In this document: one piece after another, positions 9,114 through 18,436 of the stretch
How the letters are laid out: each line of letters begins with the position of its first letter
Position numbering within the stretch: the first letter of the stretch is position 1
Source of the DNA: Stellaceae bacterium
GTDB taxonomy: Bacteria > Pseudomonadota > Alphaproteobacteria > ATCC43930 > CGMCC-115725
Length of the DNA: 64,000 bases
Reading direction: 5' to 3'
NCBI GenBank assembly: GCA_049799535.1
Contig: JBARIB010000697.1
Location: forward strand, 578-64,577
Position numbers and translations under genes: made by a program
The notes under the pieces: model-generated
What the model saw: the letters and a program-made list of their open reading frames with translations, nothing else
Told to the model about the DNA's origin: nothing
Databases searched by the model: none

Positions 9114-10163
9114 TCATTCGCAGCCCCGGCGTGCGATTTGCAACGCGAAATCGAAAAGCTCACGGCCAAGCCCATCAAAATCGGCGCAGCGCCGATTTGC
9201 ACCGGGCTCTCGGCGATTGCGATCAAAGAGCTGCAGGAAAACGACGGCCGAGCGAAACACCGACATAACGCGATAAAATGTAAAGTCCCCTACGACGCGG
9301 CCACTCAGGCGCTCATAGGCGGCTAATACTTCGTGGCGGCGCCAGAATCCGGCCACTGCGGTCGGCATTTGCCGCATGCAATGCATGCAGGCGGGGTCGC
9401 TGGGTTCGGCCCAATAACTCAGCAACACCGCGAGATCCCAAAGGGGGTCGCCAAGGGTGCCCATATCCCAATCGATCAATCCGACGGGATGAAGGGTGGT
9501 CGGGTCGAAAATCAAATTATCGAGCTTGAAGTCGGAGTGTATGAGACTGTGCGGCCGATCCTGAGGAAGCCGTCCCCGTAGCCAACCCACGATCTCCGAA
9601 AGGGCGCGGGGGTCAATCAGATCGGGCAAAGCAGCGGCGCGCCGCGCCCAACCTTCTATCGTGCGGCCAAGAAAGCCCACGGGCCGCCCCAGGGAAAGCA
9701 AGCCGACTTTGGCAGGGTCGACGTTGTGCAACTCGACGAGGGTATCGACCAGATGGCGGCTAAGCGCAGCAGCGGCTCGCGTGTCCCCGACCAAAGCCGG
9801 GGGCAGAGTATCGTGGATCACAATGCCCCGGCGATGTTCGATGATCTGGAATGGCGCTCCCAGCACACCGTCATCGGGGCAAAAGAAATAACCACGCGGC
9901 GCGAGCGGGAAGACCCTCCATAGCACCGACAGGATCCCGTATTCGCGCGCCATGTCATTGGCCCCGCGCGGCAAGGGTCCGCTCGGCGGGCGGCGCAAGA
10001 CAGCCGGTTCGCCGTCGATCTCAATCAGATAATTCAGATTGCCGAGCCCGCCGGCGAATTGCCGCGGCCGAGCCGATCCGAGGGTCGCTCCGAACCGAGA
10101 GAGATAGCGTGCCAGCGCAGTCCAATCTTGCTGGATTTGGTCCGCTTCCGGCCTGAATTCCAC
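9114..10163 (-). CDS. phosphotransferase (APH/choline-kinase-like) family protein
   Basis: It has the LIHSDFKLDN catalytic loop (HxDxxxxN) and the GLIDWDMGTLGDPLWDLA metal-binding segment. Its length is 349 aa. Confidence 0.8.
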   Translation of the reverse strand: MEFRPEADQIQQDWTALARYLSRFGATLGSARPRQFAGGLGNLNYLIEIDGEPAVLRRPPSGPLPRGANDMAREYGILSVLWRVFPLAPRGYFFCPDDGVLGAPFQIIEHRRGIVIHDTLPPALVGDTRAAAALSRHLVDTLVELHNVDPAKVGLLSLGRPVGFLGRTIEGWARRAAALPDLIDPRALSEIVGWLRGRLPQDRPHSLIHSDFKLDNLIFDPTTLHPVGLIDWDMGTLGDPLWDLAVLLSYWAEPSDPACMHCMRQMPTAVAGFWRRHEVLAAYERLSGRVVGDFTFYRVMSVFRSAVVFLQLFDRNRREPGANRRCADFDGLGRELFDFALQIARRGCE

Positions 10164-10302
10164 GCTCCGTGTTCCTCTAGCCGAATCTCAGCCGATATCA
10201 GAGGCGTACCCCGGTCCCGCTGCGCGAAATCGCAACAGGACCATGTGGGTATATCCCAGCAGTCGCGTTATGATCGTCGACCGGATTGCGCAGGAGCAAC
10301 TG

Positions 10303-11007
10303 ATGGACAAAGTCTACCCCGACGCCCGCGCGGCCCTCGCGGGCCTATTACAGAGCGGCATGACGATCATGTCGGGTGGCTTTGGTCTTTGCGGAATACC
10401 GGAGTTGCTCATCGCCGCGATCCGGGATGCGGGAGTGACCGGCCTGACAGTGATTTCGAACAATGCCGGGATCGATGGCGCCGGCTTGGGTTTGTTGCTC
10501 GAAACGCGGCAGATCCGGAAGATGATTTCGTCCTATGTCGGCGAGAACAAGCTTTTCGAGAAGCTTTACCTCGACGGGGAGTTGGAACTCGAGTTCAACC
10601 CTCAAGGGACATTGGCAGAGCGGATTCGTGCCGGCGGTGCTGGCATCCCCGCCTTTTTTACCAAAACTGGCGTCGGGACCTTGGTCGCGGAAGGCAAGGA
10701 AGTTCGTGAGTTCGATGGCGAGAGCTATCTAATGGAACGCGGCCTCGTCGCCGATCTAGCGATAATCCACGCCTGGAAGGGCGACCGTGAAGGCAACCTC
10801 GTCTACCGGAAGACGGCGCGCAACTTCAACCCAATTATGGCGACCGCGGGGCGGGTCACGGTGGCGGAGCTTGAGCATCTCGTCGAGCCCGGCTTTCTCG
10901 AACCGGATCACATCCACACGCCCGGGATTTTTGTCAAACGCGTTGTCCCCGGTCGCGCCTTCGAGAAGCGCATCGAGCAGCGCACGGTACGCAACCGGGG
11001 CAGTTGA
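10303..11007 (+). CDS. scoA: 3-oxoacid CoA-transferase subunit A
   Basis: MDKVYPDARAALAGLLQSGMTIMSGGFGLCGIPELLI... is a typical ScoA/AtoD N-terminus. I chose the internal ATG at 10303. Confidence 0.9.
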   Translation: MDKVYPDARAALAGLLQSGMTIMSGGFGLCGIPELLIAAIRDAGVTGLTVISNNAGIDGAGLGLLLETRQIRKMISSYVGENKLFEKLYLDGELELEFNPQGTLAERIRAGGAGIPAFFTKTGVGTLVAEGKEVREFDGESYLMERGLVADLAIIHAWKGDREGNLVYRKTARNFNPIMATAGRVTVAELEHLVEPGFLEPDHIHTPGIFVKRVVPGRAFEKRIEQRTVRNRGS

Positions 11008-11022
11008 CACGGAGAGAGAGCA

Positions 11023-11664
11023 ATGGCTTGGTCACGCGACGACATGGCGCGCCGTGCAGCGCAGGAGCTGCGGGACGGTTACTACGTCAATCTCGGCATC
11101 GGTATTCCAACCCTCGTATCGAACTTTATCCCTCCCGGGATTACCGTCCAGCTGCAGAGTGAAAATGGCATGCTCGGCATGGGCCCATTTCCTATCGAGG
11201 GCGAAGAAGACCCGGATTTGATCAACGCCGGTAAGCAAACTATTACCGAACTTCCGACGACCAGTTACTTCGATAGCGCGCATTCATTCGGAATGATTCG
11301 CGGCGGCCATATCGACCTCTCGATACTTGGAGCGATGCAGGTAGCGGAGAACGGCGATCTTGCGAACTGGATGATCCCTGGCCGGATGGTAAAGGGCATG
11401 GGAGGTGCCATGGATCTTGTCGCCGGGGTCAAGCGGGTCATCGTAGTAATGGAGCACACTGCTCGGAATGAGCCGAAATTGCTGCATCGTTGCACACTAC
11501 CATTGACCGGCAAGGAAGTGGTGGACATGGTCATCACCGATCTCGGCGTCTTTACCATCGGCCGTGTCGGGATGACTCTCGCGGAGCTGGCGCCTGGCGT
11601 CGGGGTCGATGAGATCCGGCAGAAGACAGAGGCCTCCTTTACGGTGAGCCCTGGACTCGGGTGA
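11023..11664 (+). CDS. scoB: 3-oxoacid CoA-transferase subunit B
   Basis: It has ...[12 protein letters not shown]...[12 protein letters not shown]... (the catalytic Glu context SENG). It is adjacent to subunit A. Confidence 0.9.
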   Translation: MAWSRDDMARRAAQELRDGYYVNLGIGIPTLVSNFIPPGITVQLQSENGMLGMGPFPIEGEEDPDLINAGKQTITELPTTSYFDSAHSFGMIRGGHIDLSILGAMQVAENGDLANWMIPGRMVKGMGGAMDLVAGVKRVIVVMEHTARNEPKLLHRCTLPLTGKEVVDMVITDLGVFTIGRVGMTLAELAPGVGVDEIRQKTEASFTVSPGLG

Positions 11665-11767
11665 GCGGCGGTGGCCAATTCTCGGTGCGTTCGCCAGTCC
11701 TGGAGTCGTATTATTTCAGTGCGGTGCAAACGAGTGGGCATCTTTCCTTAAGCGTCAGAGCTAATCT

Positions 11768-12928
11768 TTGCCCGGATTGTCACGCGACCTCCGTCTGGAT
11801 TTCTTTCGCGGTCTCGCGCTTATCTTTATCTTTGTTGATCATATCCCAGAGAATATTCTTAGCTACTTTACAATACAAGCATCCGAGTTTTTTGACGCAG
11901 CAGAGGTGTTCATTTTCATCTCGGGTTACACGGCCGCTCTCGTCTACGGCCGAACGCTTCTCTCTCGGGGGCCCTTATATGCGACGGCGAGGATATTGAA
12001 CCGCGCCTGGCAGCTCTACGTCGCTCACATCTTCCTATTCGTCATATTCGTCGCTGAAGTCTCATATACCGTTACCAGCTTCAACAACCCGATGTACAAT
12101 GACGAGATGCGAGTCGGCGACTTTCTCGAAGAACCTCATATTGCGATCGTCAAGGCATTACTTCTCCAATTTCAACCCACCTTTCTTGATATCCTGCCGT
12201 TATACATCGTCCTCTTGGTCGCGTTTCCGCCGATCCTTCTCGGGTTGCGCCTGCGGCCAATGATCGTTATCGTCCCGTCGTTTCTGCTTTATCTCGCAGT
12301 GCAGGTTGGCAATCTATCGGTACCCGCCTATCCCGAAGGACACGTCTGGTACTTTAACCCGCTAGCATGGCAGTTTCTGTTCATCGCGGGAGCTGCTAAC
12401 GGGTTTTTTGCGGGGGGCTCGGGGCATTTGCCGCGGCGATGGCAGCGGGTCACTTTACCTCTCGCGGTAGTGATCGTTACCGCTTGTACCGTGATCAAGC
12501 TTAGCTGGACCATCCACGGGATCTGGGATCCATTCCCGGGGCTGTTCCTGAGAGAGCTGTGGCCGGTCAACAAGAACAATTTAGCCCCGATACGGCTGGT
12601 CCCGTTCTTTGCCATGCTTTTAGTTGTGGCAGCCCTGATCCGCCCCGACGCAACGATCCTGCGTTCCCCAGCCGCGAAACCGCTGCTTCTTTGCGGCCAA
12701 CAATCGCTGGAGATCTTCTGCCTCGGCATTCTTCTATCGGCGCTCGGGCACTTTGTGCTCTCAGAGTACGACTCTGGTGTTGTCGTCCAACTTGCCGTGA
12801 ATCTTGCCGGTATTGTTGCTATGTGCCTTACTGCGAAAATGATCGACTGGTATAAAACTAAGGGGCGAGAGCTGGCGGCCCACTCGGTCTCGGCTGCCTA
12901 CGATCGCGGCAACCCCGTCGGGGAATGA
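11768..12928 (+). CDS. OpgC-family membrane acyltransferase-like protein
   Basis: It has the RLDFFRGLALIFIFVDHIPEN N-terminal signature of OpgC proteins and about 10 hydrophobic segments. The start is TTG. The stop overlaps the next ATG (ATGA). Confidence 0.75.
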   Translation: MPGLSRDLRLDFFRGLALIFIFVDHIPENILSYFTIQASEFFDAAEVFIFISGYTAALVYGRTLLSRGPLYATARILNRAWQLYVAHIFLFVIFVAEVSYTVTSFNNPMYNDEMRVGDFLEEPHIAIVKALLLQFQPTFLDILPLYIVLLVAFPPILLGLRLRPMIVIVPSFLLYLAVQVGNLSVPAYPEGHVWYFNPLAWQFLFIAGAANGFFAGGSGHLPRRWQRVTLPLAVVIVTACTVIKLSWTIHGIWDPFPGLFLRELWPVNKNNLAPIRLVPFFAMLLVVAALIRPDATILRSPAAKPLLLCGQQSLEIFCLGILLSALGHFVLSEYDSGVVVQLAVNLAGIVAMCLTAKMIDWYKTKGRELAAHSVSAAYDRGNPVGE

Positions 12929-13689
12929 AAGCGCTCGGTTTGGCTGGTAAGTTGGCGCGAGCCTTGATCTCAGCAGGCTTCTCAATCACGGCTCTCCTGG
13001 CCTCGGTCCCCGGATTTGGCGGCACGGTTGCCTGTGAGGTACCTGATGAGCTGATGCAGTTCGATGAGAAGCTTCCGCATCTGGCGGAGCGGCTGAGTTC
13101 CGAGAAGCCGGTGAAGATTGTTGCGATCGGCGGGGCTTCAACGACCGGCGTGGCGGCCGGCTCGGCAGATCTGGCCTACCCTCATCGTTTGCAGGAGATT
13201 CTTGCCCGGTCATACCCGTCTTCGCGCATCACCGTGATAAACCGGGGCGTTCCTCGGCAAACGGCGCAGCAGATGCTCGAGCGATTTCCGACCGATGTGC
13301 TCTCCGAAGATCCGGTCCTGGTAATTTGGGAGACTGGCACCACCGATGCCGTGCGCGGCGTGGAGGTAGATGATTTCGCGGCTGCTTTGCAGGCCGGCAT
13401 CGACGAGCTCAAGGGGCGCGGTATCGATGTCATACTCGTCGACATGCAGTTTTCGCATGGCACTGCGGCCATTATCGACTTTGAGCGCTATCTCAAAGCG
13501 CTTCATCGGGTCGGTGACGTGAATGACGTGAACGTGTTTCCACGTTTTGAACTGATGCGTTACTGGAGCGAGCAGAACGTGTTTACCTTCGATGGAGTGG
13601 CGAAAGACGAGCGGGCCGGTCTCGCCGCCAAGGTTTACGAGTGCATCGCAGCGAAGCTGGCCGAAGCCATCCGGATTGCCCTCAGATGA
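12925..13689 (+). CDS. SGNH/GDSL-hydrolase-like protein (possibly non-catalytic paralogue)
   Basis: It has a signal-like N-terminus, block I-like VAIGGASTTG and block III-like IWETGTTDA. At the block V position it has FDGVA instead of DxxH. Confidence 0.65.
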   Translation: MKALGLAGKLARALISAGFSITALLASVPGFGGTVACEVPDELMQFDEKLPHLAERLSSEKPVKIVAIGGASTTGVAAGSADLAYPHRLQEILARSYPSSRITVINRGVPRQTAQQMLERFPTDVLSEDPVLVIWETGTTDAVRGVEVDDFAAALQAGIDELKGRGIDVILVDMQFSHGTAAIIDFERYLKALHRVGDVNDVNVFPRFELMRYWSEQNVFTFDGVAKDERAGLAAKVYECIAAKLAEAIRIALR

Positions 13690-14552
13690 CCGCCCTGATC
13701 CGCATCGGCCGTCTTGTATCGGTGTTGCTCATTTCCGTATTGGCCAGCCGTTTTGCGCATTCCGAACCCGCCGCTGAATCCGGGCCACCGAGCTGCGCCA
13801 CACCGCCCACAATATCGGCGATAGAGGTTGCGCTCGCTCATAGCGCATCCCGCATCCGAGCTGGTAGGCCCCTGACTATCGTCGCGATTGGCTCGTCATC
13901 TACTCTCGGGGTGGGAGCGAGCGGTCCGGCGATGAGCTACCCAAGCCGGCTCGAAGAAGAGCTCAAGGAACGGTTTCCAGAGGTCGATCTCAGAGTGATC
14001 AATCATGGCGTCGGCGGTCAGGATGTCCCGGAGGAGGTGGCGCGTCTCGATCGGGACGTTCTCGCCGAGCGCCCCGATCTGGTCATCTGGCAGCTCGGAA
14101 CCAATGCAGTGCTCCGACGCGACGACCTATCGGCCGATGAGCAGCAGATCCGCCGTGGCGTCAGTATTTTGAAGGAGCACGGAATGGACGTTATTCTGAT
14201 GGATCTTCAATATGCTCCAAGAGTTCTAGCCCGGCCGGCGACCGAGGAAATGGAGCGTCTCATAGCGGATGTTGCTCGCAACGCCCATGTCGGATTGTTC
14301 CGCCGGTTCGAGATCATGCGGGAATGGGATCATACGCGGCAGCTCGCGCCCGCGGCGATGATCAGTCCCGATGGGCTACACATGACAAATGCGAGCTATA
14401 GCTGTCTCGCCAACCAGCTGGCGGAGGCTCTGGGGTGGAATTGGTGGTCGCAGGGCAAACTCGCAAAATCTGCCCATCGGGCTCCGGATGCTCTGGCCGG
14501 AATTCGTGCAACCGAAGCGAATGAAAACCCGACCTTGCTGCGGCATCCATAG
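13686..14552 (+). CDS. SGNH/GDSL hydrolase family protein
   Basis: It has a signal-like N-terminus, then IVAIGSSSTLG (block I), NHGVGGQD (block II), IWQLGTNA (block III) and SPDGLHMT (block V DxxH). ATG 13686 overlaps the upstream stop (ATGA). Confidence 0.75.
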   Translation: MTALIRIGRLVSVLLISVLASRFAHSEPAAESGPPSCATPPTISAIEVALAHSASRIRAGRPLTIVAIGSSSTLGVGASGPAMSYPSRLEEELKERFPEVDLRVINHGVGGQDVPEEVARLDRDVLAERPDLVIWQLGTNAVLRRDDLSADEQQIRRGVSILKEHGMDVILMDLQYAPRVLARPATEEMERLIADVARNAHVGLFRRFEIMREWDHTRQLAPAAMISPDGLHMTNASYSCLANQLAEALGWNWWSQGKLAKSAHRAPDALAGIRATEANENPTLLRHP

Positions 14553-15169
14553 TTAGAGCACAAATAGGCGCGGGCGCCTTCCAGATAGAAACCTCTGGCG
14601 CAGCTGGCGCCTTCATAGTGGGGAGCGCTGCGATTGTGTTTTGTCAGCAGAGATTCTACTGTTCTGCGTCAGAACGTCGCGGTGCGGCTAACCTTGCGCC
14701 ACTTGGCGGGATGGCGACGGGTGTGAGGTCTGCTGACGCATTGTGTTGCCCAGGTTAACCCACATTTCTATTGGGTTTCTACAAATTTTCATATATGATG
14801 AGCGGTATTGTGGGTTCCACCACAATATATTGTTCAGCAGGAGGCTGGAGCGGTGCAAATACCAGGTCGTGGGGTGGCCACAGCTGCCGCGGGCGGCTTG
14901 ATGACATTCGTACTCTCGCCACAAATTGTTGCGACAATGCGGATCAGTGTCCCACGGCTGGGGATGGATGCCTTCTTGAACCGGGGTTTCGAAGGTGGGG
15001 AAGAATTGGACAGGGCTTAACCCGAAGCTGTGGATTTGACGTAACACTGCCTTACCGGGATTTACAAGGAATTACACGATAGCAGCGAAACATTCGTCGA
15101 ATTTAGTCGTTCTCTGGTAATGTGACGCGAAGCTACAAGTTGAGCGCGGGGTATGGGTTGAGGTGAGAA

Positions 15170-17116
15170 ATGAAATTCGATGACGGAATTTTCGGACTCT
15201 ATTCCCGGTTGTACGAGAATCGGAGAGAGGTCGAGCTATCGCTCGAGGAGTATCTCGGCAAATGCTCCGACGATGCGGCCTATTACGCTGGCGCAGCGGA
15301 GCGGATGCTGCGTGCGATCGGCGAGCCGGTCATGGTTGATACGAGCCAAGACCCGCGTCTTGGCCGTATCTTCATGAACCGCACGATCAAGGTCTACCCC
15401 GAATTCGCGGATTTCTTCGGGATGGAGGAGACAATCGAGCGGATCGTCGGGTTTTTCCGTCATGCCGCGCAAGGGCTAGAGGAGCGCAAACAGATCCTAT
15501 ATCTGCTAGGGCCCGTAGGCGGCGGGAAATCCTCTCTCGCCGAGCGGCTGAAACAGCTGGTGGAGAAGGAACCCGTCTATGTACTGAAAGCGGGTAACGA
15601 AATTAGTCCTGTTTTTGAGAGCCCGCTCGGCCTGTTTGATCCGGTTACACTGGGTACTGAGCTCGAGAAGCGCTACGGGATTCCGCGGCGCCGTTTGACG
15701 GGCACAATTTCGCCGTGGGCCGTGAAGCGGTTAGAGGAATTCGGCGGCGATATAACCAAATTTACTGTGGTTCGGATGCAGCCGTCGCGTCTAAAACAGA
15801 TTTGCGTCGCTAAAACCGAGCCCGGCGACGAGAACAACCAAGACGTGTCGAGCCTCGTCGGCAAGGTGGACATACGCAAGCTCGAGTTCTACAGCCAGAA
15901 CGACCCCGACGCCTATTCCTATTCGGGCGGCCTGAACCGTACCACGCAAGGCCTCATGGAATTCGTCGAGATGTTCAAGGCGCCGATCAAGATGCTGCAC
16001 CCGCTCCTGACGGCGACGCAGGAAGGCAATTACGTCGGTTCCGAAAACATCGGTGGCATCCCGTACCAGGGGATAATCCTCGCCCATTCGAACGAGTCTG
16101 AGTGGCAGAGCTTCAAGAACAACAAGAACAACGAGGCATTCATCGACCGCATCTCGGTCATAAAGGTTCCCTATTGTCTGCGGGCCACCGAGGAACGCAA
16201 AATTTACGAGAAGCTGTTGCAGAACAGCGAACTCGCGGCCGCGCCATGCGCGCCATCGACCTTGGATATCCTTGCTCGCTTCAGCGTGCTGTCGCGGCTG
16301 AAACCGCACGAGAACTCGAATCTTTACTCAAAGATGCGCGTCTATGACGGCGAGAGCCTCAAAGATACGGATCCACGCGCGAAATCCGTGCAAGAATATC
16401 GTGACGCCGCAGGCGTCGACGAGGGGATGGACGGGATCTCGACGCGTTTCGCCTTCAAAGTCTTATCAAGTACGTTTAACTTCGACACTCAGGAGGTCGC
16501 GGCCGACCCAGTCCACCTGATGTATGTGCTCGAGCAGGCAATCTGGCGAGAGCAGTTCCCGGACGATGCCGAGAAGAAGTACCTGAATTTCATCAAGGCT
16601 GAGCTGGCCCCTCGCTATGCTGAGTTCATCGGGCACGAGATACAAAAGGCCTATTTGGAATCCTATTCTGACTACGGACAGAACCTGTTTGATCGGTACG
16701 TCGCCTACGCGGACGCTTGGATCGAGGACTCGGATTACAAGGACCCCGACACCGGCCAATTGATGAACCGGGAGCTATTGAACCAGGAACTGTCGAAGAT
16801 CGAAAAGCCGGCCGGAATCGCGAACCCGAAGGACTTCCGAAACGAGGTCGTCAAGTTTGCCCTGCGGGCGCGTGCCAACAATGCCGGGCGGAATCCGTCC
16901 TGGACCTCGTATGAGAAATTGCGCGAGGTCATCGAGCGCCGCATGTTCTCACAAGTGGAGGATTTGCTACCGGTCATCAGTTTCGGCACCAAGAAGGATA
17001 CCGAGACCGAGAAGAAGCATGCCGATTTCCTCGATCGGATGGTGGCGCGGGGCTACACGGAGCGGCAAGTACGGCGCCTCGTCGAGTGGTACATGCGAGT
17101 GAACAAAGCGGGGTAG
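15170..17116 (+). CDS. prkA: PrkA family serine protein kinase / AAA-type protein
   Basis: A 648-aa protein with the Walker A motif LLGPVGGGKSSLAE. It is colinear with PrkA/YeaG, and is followed by yeaH and spoVR homologues. Confidence 0.92.
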   Translation: MKFDDGIFGLYSRLYENRREVELSLEEYLGKCSDDAAYYAGAAERMLRAIGEPVMVDTSQDPRLGRIFMNRTIKVYPEFADFFGMEETIERIVGFFRHAAQGLEERKQILYLLGPVGGGKSSLAERLKQLVEKEPVYVLKAGNEISPVFESPLGLFDPVTLGTELEKRYGIPRRRLTGTISPWAVKRLEEFGGDITKFTVVRMQPSRLKQICVAKTEPGDENNQDVSSLVGKVDIRKLEFYSQNDPDAYSYSGGLNRTTQGLMEFVEMFKAPIKMLHPLLTATQEGNYVGSENIGGIPYQGIILAHSNESEWQSFKNNKNNEAFIDRISVIKVPYCLRATEERKIYEKLLQNSELAAAPCAPSTLDILARFSVLSRLKPHENSNLYSKMRVYDGESLKDTDPRAKSVQEYRDAAGVDEGMDGISTRFAFKVLSSTFNFDTQEVAADPVHLMYVLEQAIWREQFPDDAEKKYLNFIKAELAPRYAEFIGHEIQKAYLESYSDYGQNLFDRYVAYADAWIEDSDYKDPDTGQLMNRELLNQELSKIEKPAGIANPKDFRNEVVKFALRARANNAGRNPSWTSYEKLREVIERRMFSQVEDLLPVISFGTKKDTETEKKHADFLDRMVARGYTERQVRRLVEWYMRVNKAG

Positions 17117-17140
17117 GCGTTTGCCGCTCCCGTCGGAGGA

Positions 17141-18436
17141 ATGCGCATGAACATCGTTGATCGTCGGCCAAACCCGAAAGGAAAGAGTTTAAGCAATAGG
17201 CAACGTTTCCTCGGGCGAGCCCGCGCAGAGGTCAAATCTGCGGTGCAGGAAGCGTTGCGCAAACGCAAGGTCGCCGACGTCGGGCATGGCGAGAAGGTGG
17301 CGATCCCAACGCGTGGGATTGCTGAGCCGATCTTTCACCACAGCCGGCGCACCGGGCGAAGCGAGCACGTCGTGCCCGGGAACAAGGAGTACGTGAAGGG
17401 CGACGAGATCCCACGGCCGACCGGCGGAGAAGGGGGCGGCGGTTCGCAAGGAAGCCCGGACGGCTCGGGCGAAGATGCGTTCGAATTCACATTATCGAAG
17501 GAAGAGTTCCTCGACATGTTTTTCGAGGATTTGGAACTTCCTGATCTTGTAAAGAAAAGTCTTAAAGAAACCTTCGCGGTCGATTTGCAGCGTGCCGGAT
17601 ACACCGTCACCGGGAGCCCCGCGAACCTCAGCATTCGCCGAACCATGCGCAACAGCATGGCTCGCCGGATTTCGCTCAAGCGTCCCCGAGCATCCGAGCT
17701 CGATGCATTGCGTGAGGCGATCGAGAACGCACGTGCCCGTGGTGCGGAGGAGGAAGCCGAAAGGCTCGCGCTCGAACTCGAACGTCTCGAACACCGCAGC
17801 AAGATTATCCCGTACATCGATCCTCTCGACGTCCGCTACAATCGCTTCGAGCGCGTTCCACGTCCGAACACCGAGGCGGTGATGTTTTGCCTGATGGACG
17901 TGTCCGGGTCGATGACCGAGGCGATGAAGGATCTGGCCAAGCGGTTCTTCATGCTGCTCCACGTCTTCTTGATCCGACGCTACCGCCACGTCGACATCGT
18001 CTTCATCCGTCACACGAGCACCGCTGAGGAAGTCGATGAAGAGACGTTCTTCTACAGCCGGGAAACCGGGGGAACGGTGGTCTCGACTGCGCTCGAAAAG
18101 ATGCTCGAAATCGCGCGGGCTCGTTATCCGACGGATCGCTGGAATATTTATGCAGCCCAGGCCTCCGACGGTGACAATTACGGTGCCGATAGCGGCCGCT
18201 GTGTCACACTGCTGGGTGGCGAAGTGCTCCCGCTGTGCCAATATTTCGCTTATGTGGAGGTCGGTGACGGGATGGGGGGAAGCCTGACGGGCCTCTCGCG
18301 GGACAGCGATCTGTGGCGGGCCTACAGCGAGGTAGCGCCGGCCCATCCGCATTTCGTGATGCGGCGCGTCAACGATCCGTCACAGATCTTCTCTGTCTTC
18401 CACGAATTGTTCGCAAAAGGGGGTGTCCGTGCCTGA
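17141..18436 (+). CDS. YeaH/YhbH (DUF444) family protein
   Basis: Its N-terminus is a basic region followed by a Gly-rich stretch. Its C-terminus is vWA-like (FCLMDVSGSM). It holds the middle position of the prkA operon. Confidence 0.88.
   Translation: MRMNIVDRRPNPKGKSLSNRQRFLGRARAEVKSAVQEALRKRKVADVGHGEKVAIPTRGIAEPIFHHSRRTGRSEHVVPGNKEYVKGDEIPRPTGGEGGGGSQGSPDGSGEDAFEFTLSKEEFLDMFFEDLELPDLVKKSLKETFAVDLQRAGYTVTGSPANLSIRRTMRNSMARRISLKRPRASELDALREAIENARARGAEEEAERLALELERLEHRSKIIPYIDPLDVRYNRFERVPRPNTEAVMFCLMDVSGSMTEAMKDLAKRFFMLLHVFLIRRYRHVDIVFIRHTSTAEEVDEETFFYSRETGGTVVSTALEKMLEIARARYPTDRWNIYAAQASDGDNYGADSGRCVTLLGGEVLPLCQYFAYVEVGDGMGGSLTGLSRDSDLWRAYSEVAPAHPHFVMRRVNDPSQIFSVFHELFAKGGVRA

Noticed and set aside
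14688-15047. A 119-aa minus-strand ORF and a 103-aa plus-strand ORF in the prkA upstream region.
   Set aside because: Neither has an SD. Their composition is odd (Trp/Cys/His-rich) and shows no family resemblance. Only the 55-aa ORF with the AGGAGG is kept as a low-confidence observation.
15067-15105. A GGAAT...CATT/CGTC pattern upstream of prkA, considered as a possible EcfG-type promoter.
   Set aside because: The -35 has a mismatch, and the spacing to any CGTT-like -10 is 18-22 nt, outside the 16-17 nt window.
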